A DNA stretch of 63,708 nt, counting the filler, from Reticulomyxa filosa (lineage: Eukaryota; Protista; Foraminifera): the NCBI GenBank assembly GCA_000512085.1. It is 17 parts of 17 records of this genome, joined end to end, with 100 filler letters (N's around TTAATTAATTAA, not from the genome) between each part and the next. Parts side by side here need not be neighbours in the genome. Positions count along the whole stretch, not along the records: positions 32,007 to 51,333 come from ASPP01018909.1; positions 51,434 to 52,832 come from ASPP01022350.1; 15 more parts are not named here. One strand, 5' to 3'. The translations under genes and the position numbers were made by a program. The notes under the pieces are model-generated. The model was not told the origin of the DNA. It worked only from the letters and a program-made list of their open reading frames with translations, and made no database searches. How positions within the stretch are numbered: position 1 is the stretch's first letter; each line of letters begins with the position of its first letter. Below, piece after piece: positions 40,312 through 52,932 of the stretch.

Positions 40312-43300
40312 TCAAAATTTTCCACCACGTTGTTTCGCAAGCAATTTTTGTTGACCTTCCAAACCCTTTGTGTTCTTCCAAATGCTGTCTTTCATTGATA
40401 GACCACTTTGAATGCCTACTCTCCAAATATTATCAATCACGCTAGCTTTAGTAATATCATCAATTTTACCATTATCACTGCGCCATAGTCGAATTGTTTT
40501 ATCACTAGAACATGACACTAGTTTTGAATCATCGTGTGATAAACATATAGCATTGATACTCCCATTATGTCCTTCTAATGCTTGAATTTGTTTTCCTGAA
40601 GACACATCCCATATTCGAATAATTTTATCTTCTGAATAAGAAAGTAGTTTAGAACCACCTAATGAAAATTTTATTTCTCGTATAAAATCAGAATGTCCTT
40701 TAAGTATTTGCATTTGTTTTCCAGTCGATATATCCCACAGTCGAATTGTGGTATCTTTTAAACAAGACGCAATTGTAGTACCGTCCGGAGAAAGTAGCAT
40801 TTCATTTATATTCTTTTTATTTTCTTCTAATAATAAAATTTGCTTTCCAGATGATATATCCCATACAATTATCTTTTCCCGTGAACATGATACAAATTTA
40901 GAACCATCTGGAAAAAGTTCTATTCTAAATATAAAATTTTTATGTCCTTTAAATATTCGAACTTGTTTCCCAGATAATGCATCCCATAATCTAATTGTAT
41001 AATCCTGTGAATGAGATAGAATTTTATTTCCATCTGGCAAAAACTGTGCGTCAATTATCAACTCTGAATGTCCACTCAATAATTGAATTTGTCTTCCTGA
41101 CGATATATCCCATATTCGAATTTTTTTATCATATGAACATGACACAAGTTTGGAACCATCTGGTGAAAATCGCACTTTATTGATTGGCTCTGGATGTCCT
41201 TCCAATAATTGAAGTTGCTTTCCTGGTAATACGTCCCATAATCGGATTTTATCCAATGAATATGATACAATTTTAAAACCATCTGGTGAAAATGATACTC
41301 CTCCTATATAATCGGAATGATCTTCAAGTACTTGAATTTGCTTTCCTGATTGTACATCCCACAACCGCATTGTTTTCGCAGAAGCTGATAAAATTTTAGA
41401 ATCATCAGGAGAAAATAATACTGTTGTTATAACATCTATATATCCTTCTGTTAATTGAATTTTTCTTTCTAAAGATATATCCCATATTCGAATAGTACCA
41501 TCATTTGAACATGACAAAATTTTGGATTCCCTTGGAAGAAATTCCACACCAGTAATATTTGCTGAATGTCCTTCTAACATTTGAATTTGTTTTCCAGACG
41601 ATATATCCCATAGTCTAATGGTACCATCTTGTGAACCGGATACAATTCTAGAACCATCAAATGAAAATTTTGCTGTACTTACAAAATTTGCCTCTTCTAG
41701 AACTTGCAGTTGTTTTCCAGACAACAAATCCCATATCCGAATTGTTTTATCTTCTGCATATGACAACATTCTTGAATCATCTGGTAATAATTGAATTCCA
41801 CGTACATAATCTGTATGACCTTCAAATATTTGAATTTGTTGCCCCGATAATGTATCGTGTATTACAATAGTTGTATCTCCTCCGTATGATACAACCTTTG
41901 ATCCATCGGATATTAATTGCACTCCTTTCAGTCCATATTCATGTCCGAATGATAGAATTTTTGTTCCAGAAGATGCATCCCATATAATGCATTCACGCTC
42001 TGAACATGAAAGAATTTTAGAATCATTTGAAAAAAATTTCGACATTATGAAAAAATCTGAATGTCCATAACATGATTGAATTTTTTCTCCAGAAGATACA
42101 CTCCATATTCGGATAATATTTTCATTTGAGCAAGATACAACTTTAGAAGCATCTGATGAAAATTCTGCTGAATTCACAGCCTCTGGTAGTCTATCAAACA
42201 ACCGAATTTGTTGACCTAATAATACATCCCATACTTGAATAGTTTTGTCCAATGCACACGATACAATTTTAGAACCATCATGTGAAAAATGAACTTTCTT
42301 TATTGGTGCTGAATATTTCAGAACATGGAGTTGTTTTCTTGATGATGTGTCCCATATTCGAATTGTTTTATCGATTGAATAAGATGCAATTTTTGTCCAA
42401 TCGGGTGAGAATATAATACCAGTTACTTCATTTGAATGTCCTTCTAAATGTGCATATTCTCCAAAGTAAATGTTATTCATTGATGCATTTGTAAAATTGG
42501 CCTTGCTCAAGCAAGTTTGATAAAAACGCACATTATCCAAATTTGCATTGCTAAAATTAGTTCCTTCGAGAAATGCATGGTCCAAAATTGCATAAGGGAT
42601 TTTTATATTACTCCAATCTTTGGAGTGCATGTTCACATTTGCTGAATTGAGTATGGTAATTGCATTTGCTGCTGCAATACTAACATCTTCACTATTCTTT
42701 GATGCTTCAATGATCCGAAATAATCTTGATTGTAGATTTGTGAATATTGGATTATTGTCATGAATTCTTTCTGCAATAAAGTGAACAATACTTAGTTCTT
42801 CATTTAATAACTTATGGTTGATAGATAATTGTTTAACACATGTTTCAAATTGTTCTTGAAATTGTTGATTATTGACAGTGGCAATATCTGGTTTCCACGA
42901 AAGAATGTCAAATATAATTTTTTGTGCAGCATAATATTCTTGACATGATTTATGTAAAAATTGATATTTGTTATCACCAACTCTTCTCAATACATATTTC
43001 GCAATACTGTCACCATGGAAATATTTTCCCCATGTATCTGAAACTGATATTTTAGTATCATTTACTTTTGCTCTTTTTGATATATTTTCAGCCACATCAT
43101 CACCATAAAAGTATTTTTTCCAGACACTATGTGTTTTTGAAACTGAAGTATCAATTTTATTCACTTTAAATTCTGCTTTATCATCATCATCTTTGATCTC
43201 TCTCTCAATTGTTAAATCCAATTTACCCCAAAGAGTTTCAAAGCTATATCCTTTATAGTCATTTTCTGTTGCAACTTGGTTTCCTTGCATAAACATTTCA

Positions 43301-46180
43301 AATCCTAGATTTTGACAATATTGTTGAAATGCCAATTTGATTTTTTTGGGATTTGTTTGAATTCTTAATTCTGATAATTTATTTGAAATATTTTTCACAT
43401 GAATATCAATCCATTGTTCATTGAATGCTTCATATACTTGTGATTTTGATATTTTAGTTCCAATAGAATGCTGTTTCATTAATGATGGTAATACAGTTAA
43501 TATCATTCGAAGAAAAAATGGTTCTTCCATCATTTTATTCAAATTTGGATAATTTTGCAATGTTTCTTCGTATTGTTTTGTTGTCCAATCCAAATTATCA
43601 GTTATTTTATTTTTGTTATTCATTTTCACAAATTTATCAATGTACCCATTTACTTGTCCTTTTGAAAAAGGCCACAAGTGTATCATTGGTATTGTTGCTG
43701 TTATGTTTTTTGAACCAATTAAAACACGTTGAATATCTCCATCATTTAGTACATGACTTCGACATGTTACCATTATTTTTGCATTCCACTCATTTAAATT
43801 GAATCTATCATAAAAATATTTTTCATTATTATTTTTATCATATTTATCAAATATTTCATCAAATCCATCCAAAATAAATACAAATGAAATATTTTCACGA
43901 ATAACATCCATCATCTCTTTATTGATTTGTTTCATTTGTAGAGCGTGAGAAATGGTTTGTTTTTCATTTAATTCATTATAGCATTTTGGTAATGAAATAT
44001 AAACAGGAATGGGTGTTGTAAAACTATTTACATGTGCTTCCCATAATACCTCTTCCAAATGACGACAGAATAAACTTTTGCCTGATCCTGACTTCCCTTG
44101 TAATATTATCACTTGTTGCTGTTTTTGTTCTTCGCTTTTTTTCTCTTCTTTTTCTTTTTCTTCTGCTAACAAATCAATGATATGTTGATAACAATCATAT
44201 GAACTATTATTTTTATTATCATCATTGTCAGTATATGGATAATTATTTGCTTGTAATGGTATGTACATTTCAAGTGCTTGTAACATTGTTGTATCTTCTT
44301 CTAATTCTTGTTTTCTTGATTCCCTTAATATAGATATAATATCAGCATAGCTTGCTGGATTCTTTTCACCCATAATATGTCTTTTGAAGTATTCAAATAA
44401 AACCGCATAAATAGCTTGTCCTTTCGCTTCCTTTGGATTGAATTTACAAAGCTGATCATACACAAATTTAATCAATTTTAACGTGATATCATTTTTAGCA
44501 TTGACCTCTTCTTCATTTATTCCTTTTAGTTGTGGTGGTTTCAATATTCGAATTTCTGAATGTGGTTTGTAATGATTTGCAATTTTTTTGATTTCTTTTT
44601 TATCAATCCATTCACAAATTATATCATTGATCTTTGTCAATGTTTCGTCACTTGCTTGTTTTAATTCTTCTTCTAATGAGTTATTTGGTTTCCATGCTCG
44701 AATGTATTCATAAAATAAATGACTTAATTTTGGATTTTCAATGACAGTATATCCTTCCAATGTTGTAAAATTCTTCAATGTTGCTTGCATTTCAATATAT
44801 ACGTCATGCTTTGGAACGTATAATTTAATATTATGGAATCGATGATGTGTCTTTGACTGTTTATCAAAGAAGTCTTTATCTTCAGACACAATTAAATTGA
44901 ATTGTTCTGCCTTTTTCATCACTGCAACTGCAGTTTGTAATTTAGTAGGATTATCACATAAAATAGTAAATCTTCCAATATCAAACGCTTGATTAAAATC
45001 ACCACCATAATCTGCTTGAATCTTTTCCAATAATCTTTCATTCCCTTTCAAACTTGATGGTTTCACGACTGTAATTTCATACTTTTGTAATTCAGTCACT
45101 AAATTTTTTATTTCAATACTATTCATTGCATGTTCACTCCTTTCTCTCAAATCTTCAATACTCTGTGCATGTTGTCTTATTTTGTTTGCCTTCAATTCAT
45201 ATGACAGTCCAGATTTGATTGTATACGAACATTGATAGTTATTGTCCTTCACAGGTATTAAATCACCACTTGCACAAATGGAGTGTTCCGAGTTATAAAA
45301 CATGGCTTTGACAATTAGATTGACAGTTGATTTCTTGCAATCAGGACAGCTAAATAATGCTTTGTCTGATATAAATGTAGTATTGCCAAATCCAACATTC
45401 ACCCATACTAGTAATTTGGCTTTTGATACCAAACAGATTTCATTGTTGCAATATCCTTGCAAATTAATTCCCGGTTTTGTTTCTCCAACTTCTGTTTTTT
45501 CCGCTTCCTTTTGTACGCTTTTATTATTTCCATTAATTTCATTCACTACATTTCCTTGTTCTTGTTTCTATTCATTATTCAAACAAACAAGAAAAAAGTA
45601 AAATTGAATGTCATGAAACAGACAAATAAAATAAATTTGTTATTACCTGTTCTACATTCTCCAATTTATTATTGCTTTTGTGATCTGTTTCTAATTTATC
45701 CTATTTTTTTTTTTGTAGATTAATACAAATAGAATGAAAGAGCATATTGTATATGTGCATATTTATTATTATTATTTCAATACCTCTTTTTCGACAAATT
45801 GTTGGACAATTTCTTTAATCACAAATTCAATATTTCCGTTATGATGTACTATTTTCTTTTGCAACTCTTCTCCATTAATCGCATCTCCAAACAACCGCAC
45901 TAATGTTTTTATTTCCTTTACATATTTTCGATCTTTTTCGTCCGTGTCATTGTAATTGTTGTTGTTGTCTTGCATGCCCCCGTTGAATTTTATCTTTCCT
46001 ATTGAAATACAGTTTAACAGTAGTTCTTTCGTTTCATAAAATATATATGTCATCATAACTTGTATTTTGAGAATAAACAGGAAATATTCCAAGTGGTGCG
46101 CCACTGTTAATATCTCCGTGATATCCTATCGAGTCTACTACCATTGATAGCGTAGCGAAAGGATGAACATCATTTGCCAT
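40312..46180 (-). CDS. STAND/NLR-like protein: CUE/UBA-like, 4-Cys domain, RelA/SpoT-like nucleotidyltransferase, NACHT, pentapeptide repeats, 16 WD40; exons ~46180-45784, 45700-45647, 45567-40312
   Basis: Walker A ILQGKSGSGKS, Walker B FILDGFDE, sensor-1 IMVTCR, winged-helix FLHKSCQEY, pentapeptides AFLEG TNFSN ANLDN, and 16 WD-type repeats. Two phase-0 GT-AG introns (45568-45646, 45701-45783) extend the 1744-aa ORF upstream. One frameshift near 46040. Confidence 0.93.
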
Positions 46181-47767
46181 TATCTTTTTTTTATTTTGTG
46201 ACAAAAAAAAGATATAAGAATACAAATTTTTTTTTTTTCCTTTATCAAAAAAAAAAAAAAAAGGCATGGATTCATAAACCAAAAAGTGAAACCAACTTCA
46301 AGGCATTTCATCTTGTTTCCTTTGCTGTATCACAATTACGTAGCTTTCCTAAAAATAGTATGTACAATTTTTTGAAGGGCACAAAGAGGGGTGAAAAAAA
46401 ATCATTGCATATTGGGTACAATTTCACGAGAGAGCTAAAAAAAAAAAAAGGACTTTCTCTTTGCCAAATCTCGAAATGAATTTGGTTTCTTCAAATACCT
46501 ATTGTAAACAAGGCACAAAGCAAAGCTTGTTTGTTGTGTTTTCTTCAAATTTACAAACAAGGGTAAAAGAGCACGTCCTATGAAACTGTCCGTTTTTTTT
46601 AAAGCGTCAAAAGGCAGGGAAAAAAATACAGAACAAAGATGCTCGTTGTAGTAGTGAGCTGACAAATGCGTTAAGACACACAGAATAGCAGGTATCTTGT
46701 ATGCAAGTAGCAAGAGATTGATTTGAGGACGCAAAACTGCCCACAAAGTTCGAAAAGGGAGAAGTTACATACAAACTGAAAAAAACACGTTCTTTCTTTT
46801 GTTTAGAAAAAGGATATCACGAAAATCAAATGTACGAATAATTCGGTTATTTAGAAAAAAAAAAATTTTTCCCTTTCGATTATTTCATCAAAAAAAGTTT
46901 CCTTTGGACACAAATAATCCGAGATTATTCAAAACAAATCAAATCTAACAACAATTTACAAAATCAAATTTTTAATATTTACGCTAATGAGTTTATAATT
47001 TTAGTCTTGAAATGTACTTTTGCTCACTATTTTTGTTAATGTGTATTTGCACATAACAAAAACAAAGCGGGCAAGTTGCAACTGTGTACAACATTTTGAA
47101 AATTAGAAAATAGCTCCATTACTTTGAAAAAAAAATAGATTCAAAGAAATTTCACTACCATAAAGGGCTTCATTTGAAATTCGTTGTTCCTTTATAACAA
47201 AAAAAAACACTTGAAGCATTTTTACTTTCTTATTTTTTTTTGCTCAAAAAATTACACGAATTATTTTACATTATTTAGTGTTGCAGTAGTTATTGCTTTT
47301 GGTTACAGATTGAAAAATTTCTTTCTATTCTAGAGTCATGGATGCATACTTGAATGCATTGCAATACTTTTAATGAGCTAATTTAATTTTCTTGTGAAAC
47401 AAAAAAAAAATTTTCTCACGCAGATTGTGTACATACAATAAAATGCAGTTAAAAGAATAGCAAGTCCAAACAATTATCAAACATTGAACTCGAATATTAA
47501 ACATTAAATTAGGATGGATCCAGGATTTTGACATACTTATTGTTAAATATATTAGCTTATCTGTTTTTATTTTATGTAATAAAAATATTTATTTGCTTCT
47601 TACAATTTAATACATGCAATTAGCTTTTTTATTTTTGAGATGTTTCGTTCAATGTTAAAAAATATTAAAAACAACAAATTAATATTTATGTACATTTTAT
47701 CAATTAAATATTCGCAAACAAATAAAGAAAAAAACATAAAAGAAAAACTTAACATTATTTTTTTTTT

Positions 47768-50700
47768 GTTCAAGGGTTGGTTACCCGTTGGAGGCGATAC
47801 GGATAGCGTGGGGCCTTGGTGGCATATAATACACATCAAATATTATTTAAAAAAATAAAAATAAATAAAAAAACTTAACATATTATTCTTTTTGTTCAAG
47901 GGTTTAGGTACCCGTTGGATGCAAAGCGAAGTCGTTGGTGCCTTGGTGGCCTGTAAAACAAATCAAATATTATTTAAAAGATAAAAAAAAAAAAATAAAG
48001 ACTTAACATATTTTTTTTTATTGACACAGGTTGTCACCCGTTGTAGCGCGCACGGTGGGCTGTTGGAGCTAGATGGCCTATAAAACATACAAAAAATTAT
48101 TATAAAAAGAAAAAAATATATACCTTTTTTTTGTTTACTGGTTGGTGCACCCGTTGGAGCATCGGCTGGCGTTGGTGAGCCTTGTTGGATATACAACAAA
48201 TTAAACATCATTAATAAAATTAAAAAAACATGAAACAAAAGCATATTTTTTTTTTCTAATGGACACGGGTTGTGCACCCGTTGGATGAGCTTTGGGCGTT
48301 GGGCCTTGGGGCCTACAAAACACATCTAACGTCATAAAAAAAATAAAAAAAATAAAAAAAAAACTTAACATTTTTTTTATTTTTAGTTCAAGGGTTATTT
48401 ACCCGTTGGAGCAGCGGCTGGAGTTGGTGGGCCTTGGTGACCTATAAAACAAATTAAATATTATTTAAAAAAGAAAAAAAGAAAAACTTAACATTTTTTT
48501 TTTTTTTGTACACGGGTTGGGAACACGTTGGAGCTGTGGTAGGATGTGGTGGTGCCTTGGCGGCCTATAAAACACAACAAGCGTCATTAAAAAAATAAAA
48601 AAACAAATAAAAAAAACATAACTTTATTTTTTTTTAATAGACACAGGTTGGGAGCGCGTGCGGTGGGCTTTGGGGTCTAGGTGGCCTATAAAATATACAA
48701 AACACCATTAAAAAAAGAAAAAAACAAAAAAAAAAACATAACATTATTTTTATTTTTTGTTCACGGGTTGGTGCACCCGTTGGAGCAGCGGCGGGAGTTG
48801 GTGGGCCTTGGTGGCCTATACAACACATCAAACATCATTAAAAAAATTAAAAAAACATAAAACAAAAACATAACTTTTTTTTTAAAATTGACAAGGGTCG
48901 GGAACCCGTTGGAGGATGAGCGGTGGGCATTGGGGCCTCGGTGGCCTATAAAACAAATCAAACGTCATTAAAAAAATAAAAAAATAAAAAAAAAAAACTC
49001 AACATCATTATTTTTTTTTTGTTCACGGTTGGGTACCCGTTGGAGGCGATGCGGAGTGCGTGGGGTCTTGGTGGCATATAATACACATCAAATATTATTT
49101 AAAAAAATAAAAAAACATAAAAAAAACTTAACATATTATTTTTTTTTTGTTCACGGGTTTAGGTACCCGTTGGAGGCGAGGCGAGGTCGTTGGGGCCTTG
49201 GTGGCCTATAAAACACATCTAACGTCATAAAAAAAATAAAAAAAAGAAAACAAAGACTTAACAATTTTTTAATTTTTAGTTCACGGGTTAGGTACCCGTT
49301 GGAGCATTGGCTGGAGTGTGAGTGGCCTTGTTAGCCTATAAAACATGACACCATTAATTAGTAATACAAATAATATGAAACAAAACATACTTTTTTTTAT
49401 TATTGGACACGGATTTGGACCCGTTGGATATTGAGAGGTGGGTATTGTGACCTTGGTGGCCTATAGAACAAATTAACATCATTAAGAAAAATAAAAAACA
49501 TTTGAAGTAATTTAACTTTATTTTTTTATTTTGGTCCACGGGCTTTGGTACCAGTTGTAGCAGCGGCAGTAGCGGGGTAGGCCTTGGTGGCCTATGAAAC
49601 ACAAAAATTATTAAATGAAAAAAAATATAAAACAAAAACATACTTTTTTTCTATTGTGTACACGGGTTGGGTACCCGTTGGAAGAGTTTCGTTGGTCGTT
49701 GGTAGCCTATAAAACATAACAAACGTCGTTAAAAAAAAAAATTATAAAACATAAACATACCTTTTTTTTTTTAATGGATACAGGTTGGTGCACCCGTTGG
49801 AAATGGAACGGTTGGAGTGGGACCTGCTTTGGTTACCTATAAAACATAACAACCTTAATTAAATATTTAAAAACATATAACAAAACATACTTTTTATTAT
49901 TATTATTGACACGGGTTTGGTCCCCGTTGGATGAGGAGCGGTGGTCATTGTGAATTCATTGGCCTATAGGACAAATAAACATCATTAATAAAAGAAAGAA
50001 ACTTAAAAAAAAACTTAACATTATTATTTTTTTTTGTTCACGGGTTGGGTACCCGTTGGATGCAATATGGGTTGCGTGGGGCATTGATGGTCTATAAGAC
50101 ACATTAAACGTCATTAAAAAAAATACAAAACATAAAAAGAAACTTAACATATTATTTTTTTTTTGTTCAAGGGTTTGGGTTCCCGTTGGAGCAGCGGCGT
50201 GAGTGTGTGGGGCATTTGTGACCTGTGCAACAAATCAAAAATTATTAAATGAAAAAAAACATAAAACAGAAACATACTTTTTTTTTCTATTGTATACAAG
50301 TGTTGGTTACCCGTTGGAAGAGTAGCGTTGGTCCTTGTTGGCCTATAAAACAAATCTAACGTCATTTAAAAAAATATAAAAAAAGAAAACAAAAACTTAA
50401 CTTTTTTTTATTTTTGTTACGGGTTAGGTACCCGTTGGAGCATCGTTGGTAATGTGATTGGCCTTGGTTGCCTATGAAACATGACGACCATTAATTAGTT
50501 CTAAAAATAATATGAAATATAGCATACTTTTTTTATTATTATTGGGCACAAGTTTGGACCCGTTGTATATGGATGTGGTCATTGGGACCTTGGTGGCCTA
50601 TATAACAAATTAAACATCATTAAGAAAATATAAGACATGAAAAGGAAGTTAACTTTATTTATTTATTTTGGTCCACAGGTTTTGGTACCCGTTGTAGCAG

Positions 50701-51195
50701 CGGCAGTAGTGTGTAATGTGCCTTGGTGGCCTGTAAAACAAATCAAAAATTATTAAATGAAAAAAATATAAAACAGAAATATACTTTTTTTTCTATGGTG
50801 TACACGGGTTGGTTACCCGTTGGAAGAGTTGCGTTGGTAGCCTATAAAACATAACAAACATCATTAAAAGTAAAAACATAAAACAGAAACATACCTTTTT
50901 TTTTTTAATGGACACGGGCTGGTGCACCTGTTGGAGAATGAGCGTTGGTAGCTGGGCCTTGGTGGCCTATAATAAGCATCAAACGTGATTGGAAAAAAAA
51001 AAAAAGCATAAATAAAAAACTTAACATTTTTTTTTATTTTTGTTCATGGGTTGAGTACCCGTTGGAGCAGCAGTAGTGTGTTGTGATGGGTGCTTGATGA
51101 TCTATGAAATGTTGCAAACATCATTAAAAAAGAAAATGACAAAAATAATGCTAAACTTTTTTGACGGCCATATGCCGGCTGCTGCTCGTTGGAGC
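47768..51195 (-). repeat. Tandem array of 27 (plus 1 degenerate) ~125-bp units: a GC core of about 36-55 nt plus an AT-rich intron-like spacer
   Basis: Plus-strand consensus is GTTCACGGGTTGGGTACCCGTTGGA-[~17-22 nt variable]-GCCTTGGTGGCCTATAAAACA..CATTA(A)n..CTTAACA/CATAC(T)n. Units start at about 47768, 47894, 48022, 48133 ... 50910, 51042. Confidence 0.95.
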
Positions 51196-51879
51196 GTGTT
51201 TTGATCATCGGTGTTCATTAAAATAATGACCCCGATTTAACCAATGCATTGCATTGATTGGTCAGACCCCGGTTTCGTGTTCACTGGGGTCGATTTGTCT
51301 GGCTCCTGTAAATTCACACACATTATTTTAGATNNNNNNNNNNNNNNNNNNNNNNNNNNNNNNNNNNNNNNNNNNNNTTAATTAATTAANNNNNNNNNNN
51401 NNNNNNNNNNNNNNNNNNNNNNNNNNNNNNNNNACTTTGAATGCAAACTGACTCAATAGTGAAAACGCGTGCAGAAGAAACAGCCCGAAACAATATCTGA
51501 AAATCTGGAAATGGCATCCTCCCCCCCCTCCCTCCATCCTTCTTTGAATTATCAGTCGATGAATAGATCGAGCATGGTGATTATCGAAGACACACATGCG
51601 CAAGACAACGAGTTTGAATTGAATCATCGGTTTACCGCCATCAGTAAAGATTGAAAAAAAGTTGAAATCAAAACGAGTTGTTGATATGGGGAAGCATTAT
51701 CGTGTTGAAGTAGCTGTAGAACGAACAGGTTTATTTTAATTATCATTTATCATTTATAAATGGACAAATGACATAATAATAAAATATATGCATATATATA
51801 TATATATACATATATGAAAGTAATCAATAGAAATGAAAGTATTGGATAAAGTACTCGCTCAAGGCCATGATAGCAAAAG

Positions 51880-52720
51880 CAAGGTTTGTACGAGACGTGG
51901 CTGACGATGAAAGACATTGACAAAGTATTCCTACAATTATCCGAACTGAGCTTGTTACGCAGCGATATGCAGTCGAATTGCGAATTTGTGGTCGTCCACT
52001 ACATGAGACCTTTGATGGAATTGAAAAAGGACCAACAAAGACTCTCTTGGAGTGGAACTGGACGAGTGGGATGCCAATGCTATGGTTCGGGACATTCAAA
52101 GGACGTAAGTTCCGATAGAGGAGCATTTGTCCATTGATCTCAAGCAATCAAATGCTACGACATTATTGGACTTTAGGACGCATCCATATCGAGGCTTTTT
52201 TTGTGCATGTCAAGGCATCTCATCGAAAACTTGGGGTTCGATCATCAATGAGTCATTCAACATGGCGCTGCGAGCCAATAGCATCAAGTACAACACCTAC
52301 TTGAATGTCGAAGATCATATCCTGTTGGCAGAAGGAGACACCGGTGTTGTCAAATACATTGGCAACGACTCGAGTGATCCCCAATACTAACAATGGAACA
52401 TTTGATGGACAAACCAAAAGGGAAAGAGACGACAATCAGTATTCCACGTGTTGTCGTCCAAGTCCGACGCAGAACTATTGTTCAAAGAAAAAAAAGAAGA
52501 AAAAGAAGAAGGAGATCACGTTTTGTCGCATTCGAGCGAAGAAGAAGGTTTATCACATTGGTCGACGTGAAGTGAAACTTGTACAAACATCAGACACCAT
52601 TGTAACAAGAATTGCTGAAACATCTGCGTTGTTGATGCGAGGACGGACTGGCAAGGTAAAGTACATTGACCCTTGTGAGTGACGGATCCTAAAATTATTG
52701 GTATCAAAATGGAACTCATA
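51880..52720 (+). pseudogene. Degenerate multi-CAP-Gly domain gene
   Basis: GVELDEWDANA...RGAFV; LNVEDHILLAEGDTGVVKYIG..DPNTNNGTFDG; RGRTGKVKYI..IIGIKMEL. Many stops and frameshifts. Confidence 0.65.
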
Positions 52721-52932
52721 CAATCTCAATTAACACAATTAACAAAAAGGTATTTTTACTGGCTCATATTTTACAAATTACTCCAAAGTCATTAATCATA
52801 TCATATTGCAGCTTACTTGGAGCAATCACAAANNNNNNNNNNNNNNNNNNNNNNNNNNNNNNNNNNNNNNNNNNNNTTAATTAATTAANNNNNNNNNNNN
52901 NNNNNNNNNNNNNNNNNNNNNNNNNNNNNNNN

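Noticed and set aside
40748-45723. Small plus-strand ORFs overlapping the NACHT-WD40 gene
   Set aside because: Antisense shadows with no protein-like features.
47768-51195. CRISPR array
   Set aside because: The context is eukaryotic with no cas genes. The conserved part is ~105 bp and degenerate, and the variable segments are related to each other and duplicated in blocks rather than being unique spacers.
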